Positions 39,976-53,350 of a stretch of 64,000 nt of DNA are shown here, one piece after another (the first letter of the stretch is position 1; each line of letters begins with the position of its first letter). A program made the translations under genes and the position numbers. Under the pieces are notes generated by a model that saw only the letters and a program-made list of their open reading frames with translations, ran no database searches and was not told where the DNA came from. Origin of the DNA: a virus (lineage: Duplodnaviria; Heunggongvirae; Uroviricota; Caudoviricetes). The stretch is taken from the IMG/VR virus record IMGVR_UViG_3300045988_161152; one strand, given 5' to 3'.

Positions 39976-41916
39976 TTAGTTCCTTACCACTAAATCTAAC
40001 TCAATAGATTTTTTGTTAGCATAACTTTTTAGCGCCTCATTAAGCTCCCTTTGTTTTGCACTTTCAAAGTTACAACCATAAAACACGACTTTGTTTGGGG
40101 CAAAATCTTCATCTGAATCCAGCTTTTGGAGCAACGCTTTCAATGCTTCGCTAGTAAAATTAGGTGCAATCAAATACAGACGGCCATTGCAAAAGTGTGC
40201 TGTATAGCCACTAAGATCAACATCTTCAATAGGTGTTGTTAACAAGCTACCATCATATACACACCATGTAGTCAATAGGGCATCATACTGTTCAGGCGTT
40301 AATACCGCATCATCAAAGAATGTATGATTAGTGAGCGTAAGTTCAGACTCAACTTTTGCTCTAAAGTCATCAATAGTATGAATCACTTTGAAACCTATTT
40401 TAGCCGCATTATCACTTGTGGTTGTGCTTTTTTTAAATACCTCCTGTATCCTTTTTTTTGTTATTTCAAAAATAGATCTATAGCCAAGAGAATAGGCATT
40501 CTTTGTTTTATTTATAACTTCATCTTTTTGTATGCATATAAAATTCCTACAGCCTGAATCTTTTTCATTTAAATATGCAACAGCTTCTGCTGTCGTACCA
40601 GAGCCAGCAAAAAAGTCAAGAACTAATGAATCCTTTTTTGTTCCTATTTTTACAAGATCGGTTATAAGAGGAACAGGTTTTGGTCCTTCAAATAATTTTG
40701 CACCTAAAAGATTTTTAAGCTCAGTTGTCGCCGTGCTTGTACTATATTCAGGTTTATACCAAATTGATTTTGGCTTTTTAGTTGGTAGCTCTCCAAGAGC
40801 AGGCCGCTGTTTTTTATAGATATTTTTACCATCTTTTATATCTATTACTATTAGATTATAAAACTCATCATTTATTTTTTTCTTTCCCCACGACCATGAA
40901 AGCTCTTCACCCGTAGGGCTTACTGGGTAAAGTACATAGTCATCTTCGTTAAGAGGTTTATCATCATCTGTTACATAAACCTTATTTTCTGAATTGATGA
41001 ATACCGGAAACCAACCTTTTGGTCTTGATTTTCTAGAAGCATCTTGGCCAGTACGCTTTAATGTATCAGCTCTTTTAAATAGCCCATATTCATCTTCATC
41101 CCACTCTTTTTCAACTTCACTTTCATCAATATCGAATTGCCCCAAACTACAAACATCTTTGTTTTTAGCGTATACATATATATATTCATGCGTATCTGAA
41201 AAGCCAAAGTTATCATGATTGCCTTTGAGATTCATGATTGTAGGGAGTTTTGCAACAAAATTACCTTGCCCAAATACTTCGTCGCATAATAATCCCAACT
41301 GTTTATCTTCGTTATCGTCTATGGAGATGAATATTACTCCATCCTCTTTTAAAAGTTCACGTGCAATATAAAGACGAGGATAAATGAATGTCAGCCATGC
41401 ACTATGACTGCTTGAACCCTTGGTGGTAAATTCAAGTATGCGGTTAGCCTCATCAAGCTCGATACCTGCCAGTTCAGAAAGCTGTTCTGGTGTAAACTTG
41501 CGATCATCGTTATAGACGAATCCATCTTTACCCGTATTGTATGGTGGGTCAATGTAAATCATATTCACCTTTTCAGCATAAGCATTAACCATATGCTTCA
41601 ATACTTCGAGGTTATCCCCTTTGATTAACAGGTTTTGACTGTTCTTGTTCTCTTCTTGTTGGTTATGTGTTTTATCTTCTGCCAACAACGTTTTCGGTGG
41701 TAGATTGGCCAACAAACGGGCATAAGATTTACCCAGCCAGTTTAAACTGTATGATTCTTTAGAGAGTTCAACCTCCGATGCTCTAATAATCTCAAGCAAT
41801 TTTTCTTGAATGAAGGCTCCGTTTTTATCAAAACACTGTGGGAAATTAGCTTTCAACACAGCCAGTTGCTTGCTGTTAGCCGTTTCTACTTCGGAAAAAA
41901 TCGTTTCTTTTTTCAT
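39976..41916 (-). CDS. mod: Type III N6-adenine DNA methyltransferase Mod subunit
   Basis: DPPY catalytic motif and FFAGSGTT SAM motif; start set at MKKETIF (646 aa) from recalled Mod length; track ORF extends to 41937. Confidence 0.85.
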   Translation of the reverse strand: MKKETIFSEVETANSKQLAVLKANFPQCFDKNGAFIQEKLLEIIRASEVELSKESYSLNWLGKSYARLLANLPPKTLLAEDKTHNQQEENKNSQNLLIKGDNLEVLKHMVNAYAEKVNMIYIDPPYNTGKDGFVYNDDRKFTPEQLSELAGIELDEANRILEFTTKGSSSHSAWLTFIYPRLYIARELLKEDGVIFISIDDNEDKQLGLLCDEVFGQGNFVAKLPTIMNLKGNHDNFGFSDTHEYIYVYAKNKDVCSLGQFDIDESEVEKEWDEDEYGLFKRADTLKRTGQDASRKSRPKGWFPVFINSENKVYVTDDDKPLNEDDYVLYPVSPTGEELSWSWGKKKINDEFYNLIVIDIKDGKNIYKKQRPALGELPTKKPKSIWYKPEYSTSTATTELKNLLGAKLFEGPKPVPLITDLVKIGTKKDSLVLDFFAGSGTTAEAVAYLNEKDSGCRNFICIQKDEVINKTKNAYSLGYRSIFEITKKRIQEVFKKSTTTSDNAAKIGFKVIHTIDDFRAKVESELTLTNHTFFDDAVLTPEQYDALLTTWCVYDGSLLTTPIEDVDLSGYTAHFCNGRLYLIAPNFTSEALKALLQKLDSDEDFAPNKVVFYGCNFESAKQRELNEALKSYANKKSIELDLVVRN

Positions 41917-42067
41917 ATCCATTTTAAACCAGATCATTTAGCAACAAAGCGCCGCCTCCCCAGCCCGTTAGAGCCAGAAGTTGTGGCACTATCACTATCT
42001 ATATGTTTGAAGAATCGTGCTTCTTTGAGCGATGCTCGGTGAGCAAACAGCCATAATTTGGGGAAGT

Positions 42068-42316
42068 TTAATCCGCATTGAGAAGCAATGCATTATCTAT
42101 GATGATCTGCTCCCATTCTTCGAATGCCCGATCGCGGACGCCCTGGGGAACACTGTTAGTTTTGAAATCGACCACCGTCCGCCATTTCCCGTCCGGGCGG
42201 TACATGCGCAGAGCTTTACTTCCCCCTTCCCTGCGCACCTCAACGTTATGCTTATCAGCAAACTCTTGTAATGCTCGTAGCGTCCCATGCTTTACTGTGT
42301 AGTATCGCTTTTTCAA
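42068..42316 (-). CDS. lxc: C1 co-repressor Lxc (Bof)
   Basis: 82-aa ORF between mod and ulx, as in P1. Confidence 0.6.
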   Translation of the reverse strand: MKKRYYTVKHGTLRALQEFADKHNVEVRREGGSKALRMYRPDGKWRTVVDFKTNSVPQGVRDRAFEEWEQIIIDNALLLNAD

Positions 42317-42753
42317 GTTTTCTCTCCAGCCTGTGCCAAGGCTTCAACTTCCAAATCGTAAGACTCAAACTCATAGTCCTGGTCGTCAACTTCTTCAGGC
42401 ACTGGCAGTAAATGCCAGGCTGAGTATATCTGACCATTATCAAAACGCTCCTGGCTGTAGAGCGTCGCGGCTATGAGTGTTAGCGCCGGGCGGTCATAAC
42501 GGTAAATTTTGCGAACGTCACGGTCAACGAGACGACCGAAATTACCATAACCGCGCTCCAGTAATAATTTTTTAATTTCCGGCCAGTATGGGCCATAGCT
42601 GCGGTACAGGCGGGGATTTTTCAGTAATCGCCCGCGTAGCCCTGACAGGAAGAAATCAACGTATTCGTCTTCTGTCTTTCCTAACAATGCCGTACGCAGT
42701 ACCGCCTCAAGATATGTTTTATTCGGTTTTATTGTATCAGATAGTGTGGCCAT
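42313..42753 (-). CDS. ulx: Ulx protein, downstream of darB
   Basis: 146-aa ORF between darB and lxc. Confidence 0.6.
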   Translation of the reverse strand: MATLSDTIKPNKTYLEAVLRTALLGKTEDEYVDFFLSGLRGRLLKNPRLYRSYGPYWPEIKKLLLERGYGNFGRLVDRDVRKIYRYDRPALTLIAATLYSQERFDNGQIYSAWHLLPVPEEVDDQDYEFESYDLEVEALAQAGEKT

Positions 42754-42786
42754 ATTATGCGACGCCCGGCGAACCGGGCGCTCCTG

Positions 42787-45700
42787 TTATGCGTATTGTT
42801 GGATGACGGCCAGAACGTCCGCCACGTTGTGTTTTGTCTCGATAATCCACCAGTTACCCGGGAAATCGCTGTTCTTCGCCTTCGCTGGCAGCCAGCGAGC
42901 GCCGAATTTCGCCTTGATTGCGTCTTTCGCACGGAAAAGAACGCCTTTCATGCCTGAGGCTTCCTGAAGCCCAAATACCTCGCCAGCGGCGAATTTTGGT
43001 GCGTACATCATCTTCAGGTCGGCGGTGGATACGCGATAATTCAGACCAAGAGACTGAGCTATGCTGGTGGCATCACCCTGTATTGATGATAACTCTTCTT
43101 GTTTCTCGTTTCTGGCGGCAATTTCTTCCTCCGTGATGTTGCCAAGGGCCAGGTTTATCCGATCAGCGTCGGCCTGTTTCTCTTCATCGGTGCGTCCGGC
43201 AAGAACCGTGTTAACTCTCTGCAATATCTCCACATGATTCTTGCGCATGCTGAGCAATTCCGGCGTAACCTCGTTAAGATCCACCAGCCCAAGGATGGCA
43301 AGGTCGGAAAACATTGATACCAGGTTGTAGGTCATGCGATAGCTGAGTTGACCATAGGCTGATGGCAACTTCACCGCATCCATTTGATAGGCATCCATAA
43401 ATTTAGAGCCGTCGTTTACGACATCCGCAATTGCCGGTGTGATTTTTCCTGTGGTGGCGGCCTCCCTGATTGCTGTTACCCACGATTGAGTCAGCGCGGC
43501 GACTGCATGATTCAGATTGGCTTTCCGTTCTGCTGCAATGCGCGCACTTGCTGCGTCCATTGCCTGCTTGATCTCGTCTTTATTGCTGTAAATGCCAATG
43601 GTGCCAAACTGTGCTGTGGTGATCTCATAATCTGACGCCCGGAACTCATTGGTACCGAAAATGGCATTGGTGACTTCAAGTTCAGAATCCCCGTTACGAG
43701 TAGACCCCTGGCTTGTTTTTTCCGGCATTCTGGCGATCGCATCCGCTATTTTCTCCTGAATTGCTTCAGGGGATAGCGTATCTCCGTATGACGCGATTAC
43801 ATCGCCATAATTGGAGCCAAACAATTCAACCAGGAATGTTTCTGCCGAACGGATCTGGCGGTTATTCCCTTCCGACATCATACCAAGCACCCATTTTGCA
43901 ATTGACGACTTCAGCGCGCCGTCACGGCGATCCGGGTAAACCGCATGCTTCAGTGGGTCCGTATAGGTGCCAACAAAATCAATGCTATAGCCTGACTCTG
44001 TAGTCTGAACGCCGTATGAGTCAGTGATTTTGATCATGCCGCGCTGCTGGAAACGGTAGAAATCGTCACAGGAAATGATGTCGTTAATCCCGGCGATGGA
44101 GACGCCACCACTGATTTTCTGCATAACAGCATCTTCATCGGGAGTTACATCCACCTGTTTATCCAGCGTCTTCACATCCCAGTTACCCGATTTGGTGCCT
44201 TTGAAGGTAAAGATGATCTCCACGTCTGCGCGCTGGCTGTCGAAGTCCAGCGACTTAATGCGAACGATATCACCGGCACAATCATAGTATTGGCCTACAC
44301 GCCATGAGCGATCGCCGATAACAAGGAACTCATTCGCATGGTTAACCAGATCAGGATCAACATCCAGAATGCCTTTATTTATTGCATCCTCCACCAGCGG
44401 GCGCAGGCGTTTGATATCCGTCGCGGCCTTCTGAGTACGGTTCAATAATTTCTCATAGCGGGAGATGGCCTGAGAGATATTAGCCTTGCGCTGAATGGCG
44501 CTTTTCAACGACGCGCGATACTGTGCTAACAACATACGGTCTGTGTGATGGACGCTACCCCAGCGGGCTTTCCAGTCTGCGTTATCAGCTGCTTTGGCCA
44601 TTACCGCCTGTTTGAATTTGGCGACGTCGGCGGTGGTCTTTTCAAGTTCCGCTTTGCTTCGCTCCAATTCAGCGGTAAGTACCTCCACATCCTCACCAGC
44701 TGCGTGCTGCGCCTTGATGTAGTTCTGAAGGTCGATAGTAGCCTGTTCTTTCTGGCGAGCGCGTTTCGCAGCTTTCGCCTTATCCATTTGAACCTGCATC
44801 ATTACCAGACGTTCGCCGTCATCCTTCGCGGTATACATCTGCATTTCGATCATGTCATTGGCGTCGGCGTTCTCCATTTCTGACTTATCTGAACGGAGGA
44901 TATCGGAGATCCAGCCTGCTTTACGCTTCAGCGTCTTCAGTCGGTATTCATCGAAAGACCCCTTGCCGCAGTAGTAGTGAACGCGAACGCTTGCACGGTT
45001 GGAGCCAACTCGTGCACCGCGACCGTTACGTTGTGCGATACTGGCTGGTGTCCACGGCAACGTCAGGTGGTGGATATCCGTCGTTCCTCGATGCAGGTTG
45101 ATACCCACCTCTGCCTTTTTGTTGCAGATGATGATCGGAGTCCGGCCCTCCTGGAAGTCGGCTGCAATCTTTTCCAGACCGCCCAACGACATTTCATTTT
45201 GCTGCGCGATATAGGCGTCATACAGAGCCATTTGCTCGTTGTATTTCGCTATCTGTGCATCTGTTGGTTCATCCGGTAGCTCTTTCGGCGGTTTAACCGC
45301 TTTCAGTTTCTTACCGGTTTTACCTGCCTCGGCAACCGTCTGAGCATTCAGGATCCCCACCTTTGAAGGTTCAAGGTTTAGAGCATTGCAGATAATGCGC
45401 TTGAGCTTCTGGTGCTGCGTTTTTTCATCGGTGAAGATGATTTGCTTACCTTCCGGGAAAAACTCCTTCAGCGTGGCGATCAGCTTCGCGTATTTCGGCG
45501 TAACGGGGTGAGTTACGGTCTGTTCGTCAATGCCAAACCTGGCCAGGCGATTATTCACTTCCTGCTCAAATGCTTCCGGTACCTGCAACTGAATAAACTC
45601 GCCCTTATCTATCAGGGAGTATTGCGATTGCTGCGTGATCGAATCATCACTGTCGTCGTCTTCGCTGGTGGCTTGTTTAGGCAAACTGTCCGCCAGCTGC

Positions 45701-48700
45701 TGCACCGCATCGGCGTACTCCGGCAGGAAACGATAGGTGATCCTGCGATAGTACAGGTCCATGTCAGTACATACGCGGTCCATATCCCTGATTATTGAGA
45801 AGATCGGACGGGCTTTCTCGTGCTCAATCACGCCGTCTTCATTGACCGAGGTCGTTACGCCATTGTTGGCTTTGGCTGCCGCTTCCGCCTGCTGACGCAA
45901 TTCTTCATACGCCGCCAGTTGTTCTTCCGTAAGTGGTGCATCCTGCTGGTGTTCGTCCAGTTCCGGGATCTCCACGGTATCCTTAACGTCTTCCGCCGTT
46001 TTAAGCGTTGTCCAGCGATGGAATATGCCGCGCAGCGCATCAAGGTTTTCAAAGCCCACCAGCGCCATTTTTTCTTCAACTTCACCGCTGATTTTCTGTA
46101 CCGTTTCCAGCCTGGTCTTGCCGAAGAATTTAACGAAGTCATCAGGACCGTAGATCCCCATCTTCTGCCAGTATTCCTTCGGCAGCACATGAGAAAGCAT
46201 GTTGTATGCATCGATCGGGGTGTTAACGACTGGCGTTGCAGTCAGGAGAACCGGTCCGCGCCCACCATTCTTTTTCATCAGGTACGCGTTTTTAATTGCC
46301 ATATCCCGCGCCGATTGCGCCACCGCGCTGGTGGGCAGATAGGCCAGTTGTGACGCTTCGCGACCATTTTTATAGCTATTGCGGTAGTTGTGACCTTCGT
46401 CAGCGATCACACTATCGAAGCCCATATCCTCAAAGTACGGATACTTCTCTGCTTTTTCGGTGCCGGTATCTGAATACTCCGACAATACCCGGCGACGCGC
46501 GGCCTCTTTGCGGTGGGAGTCGGAGTCCATTGCGCTGGCTACGCGCCCGGCGGCAACGAAGTCATAAAGCATATCCTGTGCATGCTCATCTACGGTGTCA
46601 TCACGTAGCGGAATGCGGGCGTATTGTTCTTTGGTAAACACGACTGCACGGTAATTTGAGTGCGGGATCGCGTTCATCCGCGCCGTGATAGTGGCTTCAT
46701 CTGCCAGTTTTAGGGCATCGCGCATAACTGGAGTGCCATCAGTACCAAGAACAGGTTTACCGTTCTCATCGAGCACCGGCACCTGGCGAATCTGATCGCC
46801 ATCCATCAGCACATCAAGACCGACGAACAGGTAGTTACTGAATGCCTCTTCACTCAGGAATTCTTTTGCTTCGTAATACCAGTTTTCCAGCACTGATTTA
46901 GGCACTACATACGCAGTACGGGTGGAGCGACCGTTCTCATAGTTGAACGCCTCAAGCGCCAGCGCGGTCGTAGTTTTACCCAGCCCGGTGCCGAAGCCCA
47001 GGATGCCGCGCCCATCTTCGGACAGTCGGCGCACTTCGCTATTCTGGTAATCAAATGGCTGGCGCTTACCGCTTAATCCCTTCAACCCAAGCGGATCGCC
47101 AGAGTGTTCATACGGGATATTGCTATTGAACACATCGTTGTATTTGGCAACCAGTTCATCGTAGCGATCGTGCGTCTTGATCCACTTATTGAACTGGTCC
47201 TCAAGCAGTGCCATCAGCTCGCGGTAGCCGTTCGCCGTCGCGCTATCTTTGCCACCGATACGCGCACCATTGAGATACTTTTCCAGCTGTGCCGGGAACC
47301 CGGTCGCGTTTTCACCTGATTTACGGTCCCACTCGTAGCGGATCTCGCCTGTTTCTTTATCCTTGCGCTGGACGACACCGTATCGGTGCCCGACGAACAG
47401 ACCATCACCACCGTGATAGGTGTCAGAAACCATTTCGTCGCCTTCCAGCTGCACTGACTGCACATAGCGAAGATCCGGATAGCCGTTTTCCTGCAAAAAT
47501 TCCAGAATGACGGAACGGTCGAACCAACGGCTATTGAGCTTAAAGCGGATATTCTCTGCTGGCGTCTTGATGCGCTTCTCTTCGATCGCTGCCAGCTGAT
47601 TAAGGACGTTGTTCTTTACTGGACCGTCGGGGAGTGTGGCAAGGAATTCCTGTTTTGGTGCCACTATCTCGTTAATGTCTCCGCTGGTGGCGCGGGCGAA
47701 CGGAACAATCCCGCCATACGGTGAAACCGCAATGCCAGGGGTGCTGGCCAATAAATTAAGCAACTCGTCATCACTGGCTGGCAGTTCGCCGGTAAACGCA
47801 AGGCGGAAATCATCGAGCTGGATTGGATCGCGAGTGAGATCACTGTAGAGATAACGCAGGGTGTCCTGATAGCTGGTGGAGTCATAACTGGCGCTGGAAT
47901 CATGCGTAACCAGTTTTCCTGTCAGCTCGTCAGAAATAGTGCCATCCAGCTTAATTGCACCACGGAAAGCAAACCAGGCGCGCGCACCGCTCCCCGATAA
48001 TTTCGCTATCGGACCGCGACCGGGGTTACCAAAACGGTCAATCTCTGCCTGCAAACGGGATACCAGAGAAAGGCGCTGCTGTTCGATTTGTTCAGCACTA
48101 TGCCCGGCGGCCTTCATGTCCTGATATTCAATTAACATCCGGCCAATCATCGCCCCGCGATACAAGCGTTCACGGTATTTTTCAGGCTGGCTGTTAATCC
48201 AGTCCACCAGCTGCACCATATCGTCGCTGATTGATGTGGTGTACTTATCGCGGACATTTGCCATCTGGGTAAATGTCATACCGAGACGGCCTTCTGTTGT
48301 AGTCAGGTTACGCTGAAGAGCCTCCCAGCTGTCCGCGCCATAACTGGCAACATCAATCTTCAGCTCCTTCCCTGCATCAGATTCAATCCAGCGACCACCA
48401 GCATATTTTTGCCATACGCCATTAATCAGGCGCATTTCCCCTTCATCAACAACGTCTGCGGTCGGTGACGGTTCAGCCATATTGAGCAAAGACCAGTCGA
48501 TACGACTTTCGAAACGATGAATCAGCTTCGCTTTAAGAGCCTGGTTATCAATCTGCCCGTCGGCACGAACCTCAATACGCCCCTGGAATCCCTTCTCCTG
48601 GGTGCCATGAACAAACCGGCGACCGTCCTTTTCAAACCACTTGCCAGAAATAAACGTTGGCCAAAGCACATTTGCCGATTCAAGAGTGCTTTCATCCACC

Positions 48701-49554
48701 AGGGGGATTTTCTCAGCCATCTCTGCCGGATGTTTGCGCATCAGCACCACATCAACGACTGTACTGGTCCCGTTTGCGTCAAAAGTACCGGTAGGCAAGC
48801 GGTGAGCACCAAGAAATTCAGCTTTCCGTGATAGGCGCAGGCGTAACCGCTTCATGTTTGAACCTGAAACAATGGACGGCGGCACAATCACGCACATGAA
48901 TCCGCCTGGCTTTATCTTGTCCAGCATGCGGAGCATGAAGTAAGAACCCATGTCCGTTTCTTCTGCGTAAGGCTTATCGATGTTGCGTGTGTTATCACGA
49001 CCACCGAACGGAACGTTACCCACAACATGGTCGAATGAATCGTTAGGCGTGCTTACAGCCAGTTGTTCGAACGGAGAAATCTGTACGCTGTCTTCCGGGT
49101 GCAACAGCTGGTTTATACGACCGGAAACACTGCTGATCTCAGTCGCGGTCATCACCGTACCAACCGGTTTTGTCTCATTAAAAACGCCGGTTCCCGCCGA
49201 TGGTTCCAGAGTGTTACCTACGTCCGCGCCGTAGAGCTTCATGATCTCCCAGACACCTTCAGCGATCGGCTTTGGTGTGTAATATTCGGAGACGGACCCG
49301 CCAATGCCGCCTTCGCCGGTGTACCCAGCCAGGATCTGGCGCTGTTCATCTGTCAGTGTCGCGCCGTCCACCAGCGAATTAAGCAAATCTATCGCCTTCT
49401 GATTCGCCTCCCGGCGTAGTCGGTCATAGCTTTTGCCTTCCACCTTTTCCACGCCGTATCTAATCGGCGCTCGGTGAGATGTTATTGCCCTAATGTATTT
49501 CAATATTTCGCTGACACTTGAACAGCGAAACACCCCTATAGATAGCTTGTTCAT
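42787..49554 (-). CDS. darB: Antirestriction protein DarB (MTase plus DExH helicase fusion)
   Basis: 2255 aa; N6-MTase-like VGNVPFG and helicase ADEGHNYRNS motifs. Confidence 0.9.
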   Translation of the reverse strand: MNKLSIGVFRCSSVSEILKYIRAITSHRAPIRYGVEKVEGKSYDRLRREANQKAIDLLNSLVDGATLTDEQRQILAGYTGEGGIGGSVSEYYTPKPIAEGVWEIMKLYGADVGNTLEPSAGTGVFNETKPVGTVMTATEISSVSGRINQLLHPEDSVQISPFEQLAVSTPNDSFDHVVGNVPFGGRDNTRNIDKPYAEETDMGSYFMLRMLDKIKPGGFMCVIVPPSIVSGSNMKRLRLRLSRKAEFLGAHRLPTGTFDANGTSTVVDVVLMRKHPAEMAEKIPLVDESTLESANVLWPTFISGKWFEKDGRRFVHGTQEKGFQGRIEVRADGQIDNQALKAKLIHRFESRIDWSLLNMAEPSPTADVVDEGEMRLINGVWQKYAGGRWIESDAGKELKIDVASYGADSWEALQRNLTTTEGRLGMTFTQMANVRDKYTTSISDDMVQLVDWINSQPEKYRERLYRGAMIGRMLIEYQDMKAAGHSAEQIEQQRLSLVSRLQAEIDRFGNPGRGPIAKLSGSGARAWFAFRGAIKLDGTISDELTGKLVTHDSSASYDSTSYQDTLRYLYSDLTRDPIQLDDFRLAFTGELPASDDELLNLLASTPGIAVSPYGGIVPFARATSGDINEIVAPKQEFLATLPDGPVKNNVLNQLAAIEEKRIKTPAENIRFKLNSRWFDRSVILEFLQENGYPDLRYVQSVQLEGDEMVSDTYHGGDGLFVGHRYGVVQRKDKETGEIRYEWDRKSGENATGFPAQLEKYLNGARIGGKDSATANGYRELMALLEDQFNKWIKTHDRYDELVAKYNDVFNSNIPYEHSGDPLGLKGLSGKRQPFDYQNSEVRRLSEDGRGILGFGTGLGKTTTALALEAFNYENGRSTRTAYVVPKSVLENWYYEAKEFLSEEAFSNYLFVGLDVLMDGDQIRQVPVLDENGKPVLGTDGTPVMRDALKLADEATITARMNAIPHSNYRAVVFTKEQYARIPLRDDTVDEHAQDMLYDFVAAGRVASAMDSDSHRKEAARRRVLSEYSDTGTEKAEKYPYFEDMGFDSVIADEGHNYRNSYKNGREASQLAYLPTSAVAQSARDMAIKNAYLMKKNGGRGPVLLTATPVVNTPIDAYNMLSHVLPKEYWQKMGIYGPDDFVKFFGKTRLETVQKISGEVEEKMALVGFENLDALRGIFHRWTTLKTAEDVKDTVEIPELDEHQQDAPLTEEQLAAYEELRQQAEAAAKANNGVTTSVNEDGVIEHEKARPIFSIIRDMDRVCTDMDLYYRRITYRFLPEYADAVQQLADSLPKQATSEDDDSDDSITQQSQYSLIDKGEFIQLQVPEAFEQEVNNRLARFGIDEQTVTHPVTPKYAKLIATLKEFFPEGKQIIFTDEKTQHQKLKRIICNALNLEPSKVGILNAQTVAEAGKTGKKLKAVKPPKELPDEPTDAQIAKYNEQMALYDAYIAQQNEMSLGGLEKIAADFQEGRTPIIICNKKAEVGINLHRGTTDIHHLTLPWTPASIAQRNGRGARVGSNRASVRVHYYCGKGSFDEYRLKTLKRKAGWISDILRSDKSEMENADANDMIEMQMYTAKDDGERLVMMQVQMDKAKAAKRARQKEQATIDLQNYIKAQHAAGEDVEVLTAELERSKAELEKTTADVAKFKQAVMAKAADNADWKARWGSVHHTDRMLLAQYRASLKSAIQRKANISQAISRYEKLLNRTQKAATDIKRLRPLVEDAINKGILDVDPDLVNHANEFLVIGDRSWRVGQYYDCAGDIVRIKSLDFDSQRADVEIIFTFKGTKSGNWDVKTLDKQVDVTPDEDAVMQKISGGVSIAGINDIISCDDFYRFQQRGMIKITDSYGVQTTESGYSIDFVGTYTDPLKHAVYPDRRDGALKSSIAKWVLGMMSEGNNRQIRSAETFLVELFGSNYGDVIASYGDTLSPEAIQEKIADAIARMPEKTSQGSTRNGDSELEVTNAIFGTNEFRASDYEITTAQFGTIGIYSNKDEIKQAMDAASARIAAERKANLNHAVAALTQSWVTAIREAATTGKITPAIADVVNDGSKFMDAYQMDAVKLPSAYGQLSYRMTYNLVSMFSDLAILGLVDLNEVTPELLSMRKNHVEILQRVNTVLAGRTDEEKQADADRINLALGNITEEEIAARNEKQEELSSIQGDATSIAQSLGLNYRVSTADLKMMYAPKFAAGEVFGLQEASGMKGVLFRAKDAIKAKFGARWLPAKAKNSDFPGNWWIIETKHNVADVLAVIQQYA

Positions 49555-49566
49555 TGGTAATCCTTA

Positions 49567-49586
49567 ACAAGTGACTAGTGTTAAAT
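49567..49586. promoter_or_regulatory. Late promoter candidate (AACAAGTGACTAGTG plus TTAAAT) in the divergent darB/prt region
   Basis: Near-palindromic ACTAGT-centred element followed by a -10-like hexamer. Confidence 0.4.
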
Positions 49587-49620
49587 TCCGTTCAAACACG
49601 ATGCGAATTATTCTAATTAA

Positions 49621-52351
<2,731 letters not shown>

Positions 52352-52364
52352 CCACCAAAAATAA

Positions 52365-52390
52365 CCCCGGCAGCTGCCGGGGTTCTCGTT
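52365..52390. terminator. Bidirectional terminator between pro and lyz operons
   Basis: Perfect 18-bp palindrome CCCCGGCAGCTGCCGGGG flanked by A- and T-rich runs. Confidence 0.55.
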
Positions 52391-52398
52391 AACTATTA

Positions 52399-52656
52399 TC
52401 ACCTTCGCCTGCGTGCCATATATTTGCGCACCGCGCGGCCTGGACAATCTGAAGCTGTTTCTTTCTGCTGCATCAATCTCGCAGCCATGCTCAAAAATGT
52501 CAGGCACAGCCGAAGCCCGGCATACAATAGCGGTTCCAGTGGCCACGTCTCATTGAGCACATATACCGCCATGAAAATCGAGTCAAAAACTATCGCCGCC
52601 AGCGATAACTTCATTGTCGAAAGTCGGCGGAGCTGCCGGAGTTTATTCATTGACAA
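52399..52656 (-). CDS. Small membrane protein downstream of lyz (possible lysis accessory)
   Basis: 85 aa with one hydrophobic helix; overlaps lyz stop by 14 nt. Confidence 0.4.
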   Translation of the reverse strand: MSMNKLRQLRRLSTMKLSLAAIVFDSIFMAVYVLNETWPLEPLLYAGLRLCLTFLSMAARLMQQKETASDCPGRAVRKYMARRRR

Positions 52657-53200
52657 GCCCCGTCAGGCAAAGCTGGCGTTCTTTTTCACGGCGAATCTTT
52701 AAACCTCGCAGGGGCACGCCGTTACTGTTCACGAAATCAGGGAGATGGTTACACATATTCACCCATTCCCCTTTCTGCGCCCACTTGTGGATGGACGTTT
52801 CTACTCGCATGCCTCGCGCTTTGCTGTAGTAGGTCCGTAAGCTATTGCATCCCATATTGAATGCCGCGCTTGTCATTGCACTGAAGGCATTATCGGGCAT
52901 GTCTTTGCCCCGGAAGTGCTGATTAATACAGCGTTCAGCGATCAGGATATTCTTTTCCCAATCAGCGGCGATTTGCTGGTCGGTTTTTCGCACACCCGGC
53001 GTTACCCCGTGTGTATTACCGATCCCGTCAGTCCATACCCCCGCCGGGCACATGTATGGATCACGTCGGCAACCTTCAGCGTTACCAATCAGCTCAAGCC
53101 CCGCCTGGTTGGTTCGCACATTGCCATTACCCATCACGATGGTAATCATCACCGCGATAGCGCAAATTGCACCGCCTCCTGCGGCTGTTTTTCCCTTCAT
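52643..53200 (-). CDS. lyz: SAR endolysin (T4-lysozyme family)
   Basis: 185 aa from MKGKTAAGGGAICAIAVMITIV (signal-arrest-release segment) then catalytic E...D...T region. Confidence 0.85.
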   Translation of the reverse strand: MKGKTAAGGGAICAIAVMITIVMGNGNVRTNQAGLELIGNAEGCRRDPYMCPAGVWTDGIGNTHGVTPGVRKTDQQIAADWEKNILIAERCINQHFRGKDMPDNAFSAMTSAAFNMGCNSLRTYYSKARGMRVETSIHKWAQKGEWVNMCNHLPDFVNSNGVPLRGLKIRREKERQLCLTGLVNE

Positions 53201-53333
53201 AAAGACCTCATAAGCGAATTTTTTACGCTCCAGGACAAACACTCATTCACAGCCAATACCGACTGACTCGATCCCTTTAGAAGGCACAGGATAATGCAAA
53301 TCACTTGTTAGCCACGTTTCAAAGATATACATT

Positions 53334-53350
53334 ATTGCTCTAATTAATTT
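53334..53350. promoter_or_regulatory. C1 operator upstream of ssb
   Basis: ATTGCTCTAATTAATTT (1 mismatch). Confidence 0.55.

Noticed and set aside
43099-49419. Numerous plus-strand ORFs of 70-177 aa inside darB (for example 45412-45798 and 45820-46353)
   Set aside because: All are antisense to a continuous 2255-aa gene with recognisable MTase and helicase motifs, and lack start signals; typical shadow ORFs
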